Shown: piece by piece, positions 1 through 13,542 of the stretch
How the letters are laid out: every line of letters starts with the position of its first letter
Position numbering within the stretch: the stretch's first letter is position 1
DNA from: Octopus vulgaris
Lineage: Eukaryota
Assembly: GCA_951406725.2 (NCBI GenBank)
Contig: OX597828.1
Location: 27,218,001 to 27,282,000, forward strand
Reading direction: 5' to 3'
DNA: 64,000 bases
Translations under genes and position numbers: made by a program
Notes under the pieces: generated by a model
Told to the model about the DNA's origin: nothing
Databases searched by the model: none
Seen by the model: only the letters and a program-made list of their open reading frames with translations

Positions 1-189
1 GAGAACAGAGTAGGGTGAATGACATGATCGCAAAATACTAGAAGCATAAGTTTCTACTGGTCCAAGGTTCACAGACAATTGGTGGACTTGTGCAGTTACT
101 GATTGATAGGTAACAGATTAGAACAGGCCAGTTGGAAAACCTCTATGGTGATGGAAACACACCCACACATATATGTATGGACTACCATG

Positions 190-348
190 CAGTTTCTCTC
201 TACCAGATTCACTCATAAGAATAAGACACTTGGTCAGCCAGGGCCGTAGTAGATAACACATGCCCAAGGTGCCACTAGGCAATGAGATTGAACCAGAAAT
301 CATCTGGTTGCAAACCCAGCTTCTTAACCAAACAGCCATGCCTCTGCC
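190..348 (-). mobile_element. tRNA-derived CORE-like SINE (family B), degenerate 5' part
   Basis: Reverse complement resembles the head of the copy at 59617 (ggctgtgtggtaag...caccttgggcaagtgtctt...gtgagtggatttggtagacggaaactg). Confidence 0.7.
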
Positions 349-1384
349 TATCTGTATATTTCTCTTATATTTTTTTCAATTATTTCGATTTTCAAAAGCT
401 TTCATGACAGGCTCCCTCCCTCCCTCCTCCCCTTCCATCTTATTTTGTATTTCCATTTCTCACTGTCTTCTCAGTTTTCTCTCATCTTTCTCTCTCTCTC
501 TCTTTCCAATCTTTCTTGCCTCTCTTCCTATCTTTCTGATTTGCCTCTCTCTCTCTCTTTCCAATCTTTCTTGCCTCTCTCCCTATCTTTCTGATTTGCC
601 TCTCTCTCTCTCTCATACACTCATTCATTTCAACCCTCTCTTTCTCTCTTCTCTCCTTCACACAAACTGTATAACCTCTCTTTCTACCTTCCCCCAACTC
701 CTCCCTTTTCTTTTCCTCATCCGTCCACATCTCTCTCGTAAAAATCTACTCAGTTTTCTCCTTACCGTTCTACCTTTCCTTCTCTCTCCCTCCCTCCCCC
801 TCCCTCTCTCTCTCTCTCTTAATTTACTAATTCATCTATTTCATTTCGTTAACTACCCACACATATTTTTTTTTTTCCTAACATGACCAATCTTCAAACT
901 CCAACTCTTTCCTCTGCAACTAATATCTCTCTCTCCAAGAACACTCTTTTGGTCAGACAAGCACAGATGAACCCTTCCCTCAAACTAAAGAGCAGCTTCA
1001 TTGACTAGAGTGCAGCCAATCAAATCTTGATGAATTACTCACTTGTCAGCATCAAACGAGTTATTGACAGTTAATTAGGACATTATGCCTCAACAATAAC
1101 TGGCAAACACAGACATTTCTTCCCCCCCTCTCTCTTTTTCACATTCTTCTTGTTGTTATTGTTGTTATGAGTGGTGATGAATGTGATGGGGGAGGGGAGT
1201 GCTTTTGTAGTTGTTTTTTTTTTCTTTTACTCCTTTTACTAAATTTTTATTTTATTTTATTTATTACTATTATTAGTATAATTATTATTGTTATTGTCAT
1301 TGTGCATATTATTATTCTCATTATTGTTGTTGTTGTTCTTATCATTGTTATTAATATTATTCTTGTATTATCATTGTTGTTATA

Positions 1385-1421
<37 letters not shown>

Positions 1422-2197
1422 TTCTTTTTAAACTTCTTCCCAGACTGCTATCAAAATTTCATGTTTAAATGAAGCAATTTTTTTTTTAAATCTCTCCTAT
1501 CCTACCTTATAATTTTTTCTCCCCTGTTTTTTTTTTGTTTTTTTTCTTTTTTCTGTTTCACATTTTTAAAGTCATTTTCCACAGAGTAGGGTTAGGGTTA
1601 GGTTTCGGGGGGAAGGGGTAGATTTGTGATATTTCAGTGGCAGCTACTACTTGTCATTTATTTTCACCACCTGTCCATAAACTACCAGCTGAGTCAACAG
1701 TTTCATACATGTTGACTTGACCTGCTAGAATTAGCAAGTACATTTTACTCAGTCTGTATCCTTCTAATTTAAAATTAATATATAAAATGGTAGCAGTTTC
1801 CATTTTTTTTGTCTCATTTTTTTTGTTTTGTTTGGTCAACAAGGCAGCTTTATACATGATGACTTGACCTGCTGGAATTAGCAAGCAAATCTCATTCAAA
1901 TCACACTCTTCTAATTCAACCCTTGACCTTTTAGCATTTAAGCCAACCATAGCCAGCCATCTACCTGTTTTATATTCAAAGTGACCAGATCTGACATCTC
2001 ACACCTACCTCACAATGTCATTCTAGACTAAAACAAATCACGTCATTGAAGTCTCACAGTTACAAGGTACAGCATGGTTACTTCAAAGCACAAATCACAT
2101 TTGACAGAATAACCTGAATTCTAAAGGATTAAGCATTCAAATTATTCTGTCAAATTTTGGTGCTAGGTCAGTATAGTCAATTTACATCAATCCAGCA

Positions 2198-2708
2198 CAG
2201 GGATTCCTCGACTTGCGCAAGTAATTGGGGGACGCGCAATTCGAAATTCGCGCAAGTCGAGTACCAGATATTGTTTTCTATAAATATTTTCCGGGATAAC
2301 TGCTAAATATTGTTATATTAAAAAAACACTTGGAGAAAGTATTGAATGAACTTTCTTTTCTATTTGAAACCAAAAAACTTTTATTGGTGACTGCTTTGTA
2401 CGAATACAAATTACAAAAAAATATTACAAATTGTTTAATTATTATAAACAGAAAATAGAAAAATACATAGCAAATAAATTTACTTATTCAGTTGATCAAA
2501 CACAATTATTTTTACTTTATGTATATTTGAAATGATGGATAGATAACAAGATAACAGACAGGGCAATGCAACCATGAATAATAAATATTTTTACAACAAA
2601 CGCAAGTCGAGAATACAACTCGCACAACCTGAACACTCGGTATCAAAATTTGGCTCGCGCAAGTCGAATTTCGCGCAAGTTGAACTCGCACAAGTCGGGG
2701 AATCCCTG
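2198..2708. mobile_element. Non-autonomous Tc1/mariner-superfamily (pogo/Tigger-like) DNA transposon
   Basis: TIRs cagggattcctcgacttgcgc / gcacaagtcggggaatccctg. Flanks are CA|...|TA (decayed TA TSD). CpG-rich subterminal motif cgcaagtcga repeated, AT-rich interior. Interrupts a minus-strand family-A SINE. Confidence 0.8.
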
Positions 2709-3119
2709 TACTTCACTGGTTCTGTATTTCATCATCCATTGAAGGATGAAGGGCAAAGTTAACCTCAGCTGGATTTGAACTAAGAATACAAAGTGCCAAC
2801 AGAAATGCTGCTATGGAACTTATGTTTCCAATATGTTAATAATTCTATCAGCTTGCGACCTTTTTCAATGTTATTATCGATTTCTTAAATAAGCACATGG
2901 CTTTACATATGGAGTAAGGCATCTGTTGACTGTATCAACCCTTGTACACTATTGAATGTGTGTGTGCATGTGCGTGCGTGTATATGAGCATTACAAAGAA
3001 AAAATATATCTTTGTGAGTATATCTGTGCATGTGTATGTGCACACATGCATGTGTATGTTTGCATATATATATATATTGGAGCCTGGTGCAGCCATCTGG
3101 TTCACCAGCCATCAGTCAA

Positions 3120-3290
3120 AAAAGTACCCAGCACCCTCTGTTAAGCGGTTGGCATTAGGAAAGGCATCCAGCCATAGAAACCATGCCACAATAGACAATT
3201 AGAGTCTGGACAGTAACCAGGCTGGTCAGCTCCATGTCAAACCATCCAACCCATGCCAGCATGGAAAGCAGATGTTTAACGATGATGATT
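3120..3290 (+). mobile_element. Family D retroposon 3' end
   Basis: ggttggcattaggaaaggcatccagccatagaaa...ccaacccatgccagcatggaaagcagatgtttaacgatgatgat, shared with many copies in the window (e.g. 19650-19805, 24995-25140, 57370-57475). Confidence 0.7.
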
Positions 3291-3409
3291 ATATATAATC
3301 AATAGTAATAGAAGCGAGAAGTAATATTTATCTCCTATTTTAAGAGGATGTTCTATTAGAACAAAGAATACTGCATTATTAAGCATGAGAGGACCTCTTA
3401 TATGATCTT

Positions 3410-3700
3410 GTGGTATTTATGACCGAGAAATCTCAGTTGCTTGGCCCTTTTCCCATGAAACAGTTTCCTATTTACTGCAGCTCATATCATCACTTCTTCA
3501 TAAGACACTCTGTCTGTCCATTCTGTTCTCAGTATTCTCCTTAAGAACCAAATTCCACAGCTTTCCGTCTCATTTCTGATGTTATAGACCATGCCTCACT
3601 TCCATTCATAAACACAAGGTAGACATAACAGTTCAGTATATGGATCCTGGTCCCTATGCTCAGAGTATGGTTTCTGAAGATGTTGTGCAATTTTGGATTC
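3410..3700 (-). pseudogene. Decayed RTE-type LINE ORF fragment (region C-terminal to RT)
   Basis: Minus strand reads ...TRIHILNCYVYLVFMNGSEAWSIT..., then in another frame RRILRTEWTDRVSYEEV...QLRFLGH. These match RTE post-RT motifs (YGsEtW; RRILxixW; lrw.GH). Contains a frameshift and stop. Confidence 0.75.
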
Positions 3701-3935
3701 TTATTACTGTTATCAAGGCAGTGAGATGGTAAAGACAATTAGCATGCTAGAAAAAGTACTTTAAAGAATTTCCTCTGGCACTTTACGATCCTACTGGTGT
3801 CCATTTTGCTTTCCATCCTTCGAAGGCTGATAAAATAATTTACCTGTGAAGCACTGAGGTTGTTTCAATCAACAACAACCTCACCTGCAAATTTTCAGAC
3901 TTTGTGCCTATAGTAGAAAGGGTCATTATTATTAT

Positions 3936-4414
3936 TGAGTGAGAGAGCAGGGCATGCCATGAAATTGACACTGGGGTAAAATATATGAAGCCCAGCATAC
4001 CCATCATGAATACCCATCTGATAAAAGTACACCAGGCACATGCATCACAACCATATATGCACGACTTGCAGGTAGGACCCAGTTAGAATTTTCTTCAGAT
4101 TGAGTAGCCCATCTTGCTCAAATGGCCGGCCCTTGAATAAGGTTTGTTTAAGGATGTTGAACGAAACACCCATGTTTCCTCTCAGCACATGGCTATTATG
4201 CTCCCCCACTACTTCTGCTCATGATCAGAGATGCACATATTGTCAGCTGCTAAGGGACATGCTCAACCGGTTACGGTCAAACAACTGACAAGCAAATCTG
4301 TGGTATTGTGCAGAATATTTGCTGTAGTCCATCTTTTATACCAAGACAGAACAATGTACATGATAACACTTCCATTAGTTAAAATCAGAAGCCATGAGAA
4401 CCACTGCCTGGTAC

Positions 4415-4416
<2 letters not shown>
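3936..4416. mobile_element. Unclassified insertion within an (ATT)n tract
   Basis: Higher-GC 480-bp block with (ATT)n on both sides. No ORF or TIR seen. Confidence 0.4.
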
Positions 4417-4458
<42 letters not shown>

Positions 4459-4506
4459 GATTAATAATAATGATAATAATAACAATAATAGTAATAATAA
4501 TAGTCT

Positions 4507-5251
4507 CCTGGCAGAATTGCTTGCACAATGGTCAGAAAGGACTTAGCAGAATTTCTTCTGGCTTAACATTCTGAGTTCAAACTCCACCAACATCAACTTT
4601 GCTTTTCATCCTTTTGGGACTGGTGAAGTAAATATTAATTGAGCCCTGGGGTTGGTGTTATCAACTAAACCCTTCCCAAATATTTCAGGCTTTATGCCGA
4701 CTGAACCAAGAATTATTATCATTATTAGTTCAAATTTCGCCAAGGTCAACTTTGCCTTTCATCCTTTTAGGTACTAGATAAATTTAGTACCAGTGAAACA
4801 CTGGGGTCAATGTAATTGACAAGTCCCTCCCTCGAAATTTCAGGTCTTTTTGCCTATAGTAGACAGGATTATTATTATTATTATTATCTCTATATATATA
4901 AACGGCAAAATGTCTGTCTGTGTGTGTATCCTTTATACAAATCAACAATTTTTCAGTTAGAGGGCTCGCACTTTCTATGGTCATTCAAAACCGTGCAAGG
5001 GTGGTCGTACACATCTTCACATTTCCCAATCACCCCGCAAAGCCATTAAAAAAATCAATAGAAGTGACATTTTTGTGAATTTTCTATCCAAAACTTAATC
5101 AAAATGCCCAAAACTTGATACGCCAATTGAATGCCAGCTAGCTGTATGCGATTGGTCAGAGATTTGGACAGTACTCGCGTGTATGTGCACACGCATGCAG
5201 CTGTATATGCATGCCCTAGCACTATGACCCGGTGTTGCCAGGTCATAGTGC

Positions 5252-5298
<47 letters not shown>

Positions 5299-5760
5299 GA
5301 AGGCTGTGAGATACCACAATCATAAGTTCGCCAGACAAAACACTTAGCAGCATTTCGTCCCTCTTTACATTCTGTGTTCAAATTCTGATGGGGTCAACTT
5401 TACCTTTCATCCTTTCAGGGTCATTAAGTACCAGCTGATCACTGATGTCAATGTAATCAACTTACCCCTCTCCTGAAACTTCAGGCCTTGTGCCTATAAT
5501 AGAAAAGATTATTATTATTAGTAGTAGGGCAGTGAGCTGGCAGAAATGTTAGCACGCCAGGCAGAATGCTTAGCGGTATTTCGTCTGTCGTTACGTTCTG
5601 AGTTCAAATTCCGCCGAGGTCGACTTTGCCTTTCATCCTTTCGGGATCGATAAATAAAGTACCAGTTTTGCACTGGGGGTCGATGTAATCGACTTAATCC
5701 CTTTGTCTGTCCTTGTTTGTCCCCTCTGTGCTTAGCCCCTTGTGAGCAGTAAAGAAATAT
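4507..5760 (+). mobile_element. Cluster of ~4 family-A SINE copies (central gcctttcatcctttcggggtcgataaa...agtaccag, Meta-domain-like)
   Basis: Copies at ~4507-4720, 4730-4870, 5300-5520 and 5527-5760, each ending in (ATT)n. The 5527 copy is near-identical to those at 49673 and 60467. Confidence 0.85.
4887..5254 (+). mobile_element. Non-autonomous Helitron-like element
   Basis: Starts TCtctatatatataaa...tgtctgtctg. Ends with hairpin agcactatgacccgg/ccaggtcatagtgct and CTTG (CTAG variant). Inserted between A and T in an (ATT)n tail without a TSD. The 3' end is shared with the element at 21134-21509. Confidence 0.7.
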
Positions 5761-6203
5761 ATTATTATTATTATTATTAGTAGTAGTAGTAGTTGTAGTA
5801 GTAATAGTAGTAGTAGAAATGGCAGTGGGTGTCTGAGGAAAAAATAAAGAAAAGAGAAACTGCAGCTAAGCTGTGTAAGATTTAATAATGTTAATAATAT
5901 AAACCTAGGTTATTAACCTTCTAATGTTCATATTTTTCATCTTAGAGAGATTTCCTTAAAGTAATTGCCAGACTACTCATTAAAAAAAAAAATAATAAAT
6001 AAATATAATAAAAGATTCATAGAAAAAAATATATAAATAAATAAAAATCAGAATTGAAACATAATAAAATGTCAACATTAAAAGAATTTTAAAACAAAAT
6101 ATAAAAAGGAAACAACAACAGCAACAAAATAGCACTCAGTATTTAAATATGGAAAAGCGAATAAATATATATACATGTTAAACATGAATAATAATATGAA
6201 AAA

Positions 6204-6259
<56 letters not shown>

Positions 6260-6305
6260 CCTACATGAAATTAACAATATTAGCCAAATTCAAAACAAAA
6301 CTCTT

Positions 6306-6345
<40 letters not shown>

Positions 6346-6767
6346 GTATGTATGTATGTATATGAGAGAAGAACGTTTTAAAAATATAACAGGATATAAA
6401 AAACACTTTACTTCGAAACCTTTGAATTGGCATTCGATCAAACAGTTTATTCTGTTGAAACCTCTCCCTTGGTACCACTTTGTTACTTTAGCTTTCAAAG
6501 AATATCTATGTAGGACTTTTTAATTTTAGTTTTATTTCCATTTTTAATTTAACATCAGCGTCGTTGCTGCTGCGTGTACATGATGTTGTTGTTTTTTTAT
6601 ATATGTATATATATATTTGCTTTCTTTGTTTCTGGGGGCTTTTTGCCACTGCATATTTTGGGTTAGAATCTTGAAAGAAATTCTTTCAAAACCTATGGTG
6701 TGTGTATGCATGTGTAATATATTTATATACACATCCATTCATCTATCTATCTATCCATACATGCATG

Positions 6768-6825
<58 letters not shown>

Positions 6826-7795
6826 TATTTATGCACACTTGCATAAGTATTAATTAGATAGAAAAATGTGGCTACATATGTCTGTGGGCTTTATAATTTT
6901 ATGTCTGAATATGCATGCATATATGCATGTGTATGTATGAGTATGCATACATATATGTGCATGTATATATGTGTGTGTGTATAGGCTTGCTTGGTTATAT
7001 ATTTCTCTGATCGTATGCTTTTTTATGCAGTGTATGTATGTGCACTGTCTATGAATATATATATGTATTTATATGTGTATTTCCATGTGTATACATATAT
7101 AGTTTCTCAGAATATTTTCGGTGGAACCAGAGCTGAGAGAAAAATGATAATGATAATAATAATAATGATGATAATAATAGCAATAATAGTATTAAAAACA
7201 ATCTCAAGGAAAATATAAAAGCAAAAAAGGGGGGAAAAAAAAAAGAATTAAAATGAAAAAATGCAATAACAACGACAAAGATGATAATTTTGTCTTTTCA
7301 TTAAAGAATTACCCCCTGAGGGGTGTTGGGGGTAGAATGTTTGTCTTGGCGAGGCCTTTCAATCTTGGGTCAATATAAAGATGATAAAAAAAAAAAAAAT
7401 GACAAGCAAACAAGTAACACAGTAAAAACAAAAGAAAAACAGAAGAGATACAAAGAAGCCAAACACAATGTACATACACACTCTTAGTTTCCCATGATTT
7501 GATTACCGTTAATAAGCCTCAAGTTGTATGCTGTCGATTTAATTATTCCCAAAGTAACTCTTCTGTTGTTCTTTTGCTCCATGCCAATCGACTAAGCAAC
7601 GAGCGCAGAAGGCGAGCACTGATTCTCTGAGGATTGATAATGGATGGAAAATTGCACCATTAATTAGAATAAAATGGATAGACATTCTAAGCTTTCTGAC
7701 ATTAGTTGTTTAGTTTGTTGAGTTGAAACGAGAAACGATGTGTTCACTCACCAAGAAATTGGAAGACCATTCTTAGCTTCATTTATTTTCTTCAG

Positions 7796-7827
<32 letters not shown>

Positions 7828-7844
7828 GTCTCTCTCTCTTTCTT

Positions 7845-7877
<33 letters not shown>

Positions 7878-7975
7878 TTCTTTCTCTCTCTATCTCTTGT
7901 TATCTCTCATACTATCTTCTTTTCTATTTCAACCCCTCCCGTTTTCGTTATTTCTTTCTCTATCTCTTTCTACTA

Positions 7976-8014
<39 letters not shown>

Positions 8015-8359
8015 ATCTATCTTCCATCCTCTTTCTTGCTCAAACAGTTCTTCCTTTTTGCTCCTCTTCCTCCACCACCACCACTGCCAAGAACAACGAC
8101 AACAACAACATTGGTTCTGTTTTTATGGGCAAAAACTTAATTATGGACACAATTAACTCCAGACATGTTGAATTGTCGGACTCTGACAATGATCAAAGGA
8201 TGGGATGCTTCAATACTATGAGGTGTTGGTTATGTTTGTCACTTACACACATACTGCTGCAGTATGGTGGTAGCTGTGTGCACATGTACATGTATACATA
8301 TGTATGCATACATGTCTGTTGATGTGTATGTGCCCACAAACACACACACACATATATAC

Positions 8360-8397
<38 letters not shown>

Positions 8398-8588
8398 GTA
8401 TATACATGCACACACATCAGTGTGTTTGTTGATATATATACATATAGATGGATGTGTGTGGGGACACATATATGGATGTTTGTATGTATGTATATATATC
8501 TATATATATATATATATATATATATATGTTTATATATGTATACATATGTATATTTATGCATATATGTATACATGTGTGTATATATGTA

Positions 8589-8630
<42 letters not shown>

Positions 8631-8689
8631 TACATATATACACACATGTATACATATATGCATAAATATATATATTTATATATACATAC

Positions 8690-8731
<42 letters not shown>

Positions 8732-9064
8732 GGGAGAGATGCCAAATTTATTTTCTATGCGTATGTCTAAACATGTGGTGTGTGTATATATGTATCTGCC
8801 TCTCATGGTGTCGTTTATCTGTTTATTTTATTGTATGTTTATATATTTATGGTTATAGGTATCTGAGAAAATATAAAATTCTCTGTCTGTTTGCTTTTCT
8901 CTCTCTGTTCCTCTTCTTCCCTAATATATGTGTGTGTGTGTACTTCTGTGTTATACATGGAAATATATGCGAAGGCACTATGCACATATAAGAGATTTTG
9001 TATACACTCAAACAAATATATATATCTTGTGCGTGTGTGTATCTATTTAGCTATCTATCTATCT

Positions 9065-9116
<52 letters not shown>

Positions 9117-9196
9117 AGAGAGAGAGAGAAATGTGTCTTTGTTGTACACATGTAAAATGAAGCACACTTAGCTACTTAATACATAAACACATGCAC

Positions 9197-9227
<31 letters not shown>

Positions 9228-10167
9228 TGCACACATAGATGCAAATATGTGTTTGTTTGTGTGTATATATACATATATGTTTGTGTATGTATATACACAC
9301 ACATGTGCACGCACACATAAACCCACTTCTAAATTGAATCATAGATATCTATGCATGTGTTGTCTAACACAAAATTGTCGCATAGCTATATACACACGTT
9401 TTATGTCTGTGTGTGTTTTTATACACACGTACCCATGCACACATATATTTACATGCAAAAACACAAATAAAAAGCAAAATGAAAAAACAGGATGCAGCTG
9501 TATTCTTGTTTAGCCGTAAGTCAGTGTTGATTGTGCAAACATCTGGTCAAAGACATTCCAACCTTGTCTCTCCTGTCAATTCAGTGTTATGTTGGTCAAC
9601 ATTATCCAGTGTATTCTTCCCTTTTTTTTTGCAAAAAAGAATAGTAAGACATCATATGAGTGAATTTGGCTACTGCTATTTTTAGCGTCTTTAACAGCCA
9701 CATAGAGGCTCTTGTTTGCTCGATGTTGTTGAATGCTTGTGAGAAGTGTCACAAATTCATTATAAGGCATTTACTAACGAGTTGAGCTGTCGTTGCTTCT
9801 TTACTAATCTCTGTTGATAGCTATTGCTTTTCACTCACAAGGCATCTCTGTCAGTTTTATGATGGCAGAACCAGAATTGTAAAATTGCCAAATGTTATGT
9901 TATTTTCTCATTGTCAAATTCAGTTCTTTTGGTGTGCTTCAGCTAGTAACATAGCCCGGTCTTAACCTTTTAGAAAACATCCTCCCTGAGACAGCCTCTT
10001 GGCCTCTAATATAAACTTCTTGTTTTAAGTGCTGTATTTTTCGCACACAAGCCATGGTAGTAGTGTAAACATTCAAGCACCATCACTATCTTTCCAAATC
10101 CTGCTACATTCCACATGGAATTTTGGTTCTATAAAGTTGTCCTGGTGTATAAGTCAACCTACCAGTC

Positions 10168-10565
10168 AACATCATCATCATCGTTTAATGTCCGCTTTCC
10201 ATGCTGGCCTGGGTTGGACGGTTTGAGTGAGGGCTGGCAAGCCAGAAGGCTGCACTAGGCTCCAATCTGGCAAAGTTTCTACAACGACATGCCCTTCCTA
10301 ACGTGCAGTGGATGCTTTTTATGTGCCACTGGCACGAGGGCCAGTCAGGTGGTACTGGCATCGACCATGCTTGAATGGTACCTTTTATGTGCCACCTGCA
10401 CGGGAGCCAGTCACGCAGCACTGGCAACAACCATGCTCAAATAGTGCCTTTTACGTGCCACTGGCAAGGACCAGTCAGGCAGCACTGGCATCAACCACGC
10501 TTGAATGGTGATTTTTATGTGCCACCGGCACAGGGGTCAATCAGGCGGTACTGTCATCAGCCACA
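10168..10565 (-). mobile_element. Family D retroposon with internal ~65-bp tandem array (4 units)
   Basis: (cat)n tail followed by units cttttatgtgccac.ggcac...ccagtca...actggca...ccatgcttgaatggt. Confidence 0.75.
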
Positions 10566-11719
10566 ACAACCGCTATTGGCTAAAAATGTTGGTCAACTTG
10601 TATGCTGAAAAACATAGTAATCTAAATTAAAATCTTCCATCAAAATTTCATACCGATTTTATTTTCTAAATCCTTTTGAAAAGCGATAGAAAGAAAATCA
10701 GTATATTTCGTAATAAAAGGATTAGGTTGATCCAAATTCAAGACTTCCATCAAAATATCATGTTAATTTATGTTCTAAATACTGGTTTAATTATAAGAAA
10801 GGTATTTTATCAAATTCTTTGTGATTCTGATCACTGAAACAAAGGCAGAGTATTTCTCCAGAAGTATGGTAACAGAATGTCCTAACACCATGTCCTAGAA
10901 ACACCAAATTCTTCTTAAATCATTAGAGAGATGAATAAAATGTCTTATGTAAGTATCTGTTCAAGATGTCTATGCTCTGAGTTCATGGTCAGCTTTGCTA
11001 TTTACCCTTTCAGATCCATTAGAGTACTAATCATGGTGGTTCCAGTCTTGTGGTGACATCTATAAAGCACCCAGTGCACACTGTAAAGTGGTTGGCACAA
11101 GAAAGTGCATCCAGCGTTAAAAACCATGCCAAAACAGACACTGGGGTGTATGTGCAGTCTGTGGACCTATCAGATCTTGTCAAACCATTGAAATCATGTC
11201 TGCATGGAACAAGGTTGTTGTTGTTGTTGTCATCGGATGCGGCATCGATGTCGTTGTCGATGACGACCTTCCTGGGTTTAAATGATATGAAGACTGCATT
11301 TTGCATTATGTGTTTTATTTATCTAAGATGATGGGGCATAATTCGATGGGCATTTGGCTGTTCTTCTTGGCAGATTATGCAGCTACCTAGAGGCACCTTC
11401 ATTAGCTTATCTCCTGTTTAGTTGTTATACTTTTTTTTAGCCCTTGGTCAGTTTGGTCAAGCAGACAATACATCCAAAACCATCCCATCTTTTTCTAATG
11501 TGCAGGAAACCCATGACGGCATTCTCCAACATGTCCTTTTCTCAAAGAAAAGGATATGATACAAGTCAGATTTGACTGCTATTTCTTGCATGTCACATGA
11601 CCGCTAAGCAGAGCTTTTGTTGGCTCACCTCATGATTACTGTATTTTTGTAGTCATTCTGAAAAAGGTTCCACAGAAACCTAGATTCTTGGTTATCACAC
11701 TTCAATTTCAATATTTCAT

Positions 11720-11754
<35 letters not shown>

Positions 11755-13092
11755 TGAGAGAAATGCAAGTTAACACCAAGACATTCGTAGGTTTTTTACA
11801 TGGTTTTTAATTCAGTTCCACTGCATGGCACCTTGTGCAGGTACCTTCTACTAGAGTATATAGGTGGAAACTGAAAGAAGCCCATCATGTATATATGTAT
11901 TTATGTGTATGTGTCCGTATGTGTTACTGGAGCAAGTTCTTGTTTATCTTCTGTTTTTCTGGTTTGTAAATAATGGCTTCTCAACATCCTTTAATGTGTT
12001 GCATGATCTGTGGAAACAAGAGGCTCATCCGTGCAGTGACATCTGTTTCCAGTTCTTCTCATAAAACATGTCCGAGCAGTTTGTTGTTTGAAAACCAGAG
12101 AGATTGTTACTTTATTTGAAAACAAGTAGAAATTAGTGGTTGCAAGAGCATTCAGCCATAGAAAATACTTTGCCCTACTCATCTGATTCATGCAACCATG
12201 GAGAAGTAGATGTGAAAACAATGATGGTCTATCTGGCCTTAGTTTTTTTTTTTTTGTTGTTTTTGTTTTCTATTCTTACAAATGGTACTGCCTGAATAGC
12301 TATGGTTTCACAGCGTTAGTACATGTCTACAGATTTATAGTTAGGTGTATATAGTCAATTAAATAAACAGCCATGATACAAACTTCATAACTTACTTTAT
12401 TGATCTTGAAATAATGAAAGTGAAAGTTGATCCTGATGGGATTTCTGTTTATAATGCAAAGGAATGAAAATTTCACAGACAAACTCATGTTAAAGAGAGG
12501 AAAGACAGAGACCGAGTCATATAAAGAGAGAAAAGAATGAAAGACGGAAAATATTTTATGTTTTCTCAGATAACTTTAGCCTGGCACTGTGCCAGTTCTG
12601 ATACTCCAATGTCCTCGTTTGTTTAATAATAACTTCTTACATAGGCACAATGCCTGCAAGTTTGAGGTGGTGATTGCAGTGCTGGAATTTTGTTGATTAA
12701 ATCAACCCAGTACTTGACTGGTACTTTATTTCATTGAACCCCAGAAAGATGAGAAGCAAAGTTGACCTCAAGATTTGAACTCAGAACAATGATGATATAT
12801 ATATATCATTAAACAATGATGATATATATATATATATCAGCGACTGAAGAAGGGGTTTTTTCTTTGTGTTAATTGTCCTGTACTCCATTATTTTGTTTAT
12901 TTTAAAAAAATGTCCAGTTCCTTTGGTTTGTGTCTATGTTTTCATTTCTCTTTGTGTTCGACGTCCCTTTGGTGTCCTGTACTCATATATGCGTGTATAT
13001 GTACATGTAGAGGTAGGTACGTACATATATGTTTATATATATGCATATGTTTTATTTCATTTATTAATATATATATATATATATATACACAC

Positions 13093-13428
13093 AAATTAGA
13101 AAAAAAGCCACCTTTTGTCAATTCAAAATGAACAATTAAATTACACCATCTAGAAAATTACATAAATAGAAATATTAAAGATAAAATAGCAATAATATAC
13201 TGATGATTAAGTAAATTGCAAAATAATAATAAAAACATACAAAATATATATGTTTTTATTATTATTTTGCAATTTACTTAATCATTGGTATATTATTGTT
13301 ATTTTATCTTTAATATTTCTATTTATGTAATTTTCTAGATGGTGTAATTTAATTGTTCATTTTGAATTGATAAAAGGCGTTTTTTTTCCTAATTTTTATA
13401 TATATATTATATTTTGTGAAATTTGATT
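13093..13428. repeat. Fold-back palindrome of a PLE-terminus-like AT-rich family
   Basis: Arms ~13093-13239 and 13249-13395 are near-perfect reverse complements. Same family as 20653-21133. Preceded by a (TA)n tract. Confidence 0.85.
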
Positions 13429-13542
13429 GTCAGTCGGGTGTGAAGTTGGGGTGTTTCCAGAGAAGCACTCAACCCAAATGCTGGGCTAATCAACATCTTC
13501 ATGATCCAAGGCAAAGTCGGGATCCAAGCCAAGTTTCAAATA

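Noticed and set aside
1586-1604. Telomeric TTAGGG repeat
   Set aside because: Only about two units.
13200-13206. CTGATGA in the palindrome arm
   Set aside because: Arises from CpG decay of CCGATGA; no stems or GAAA partner.
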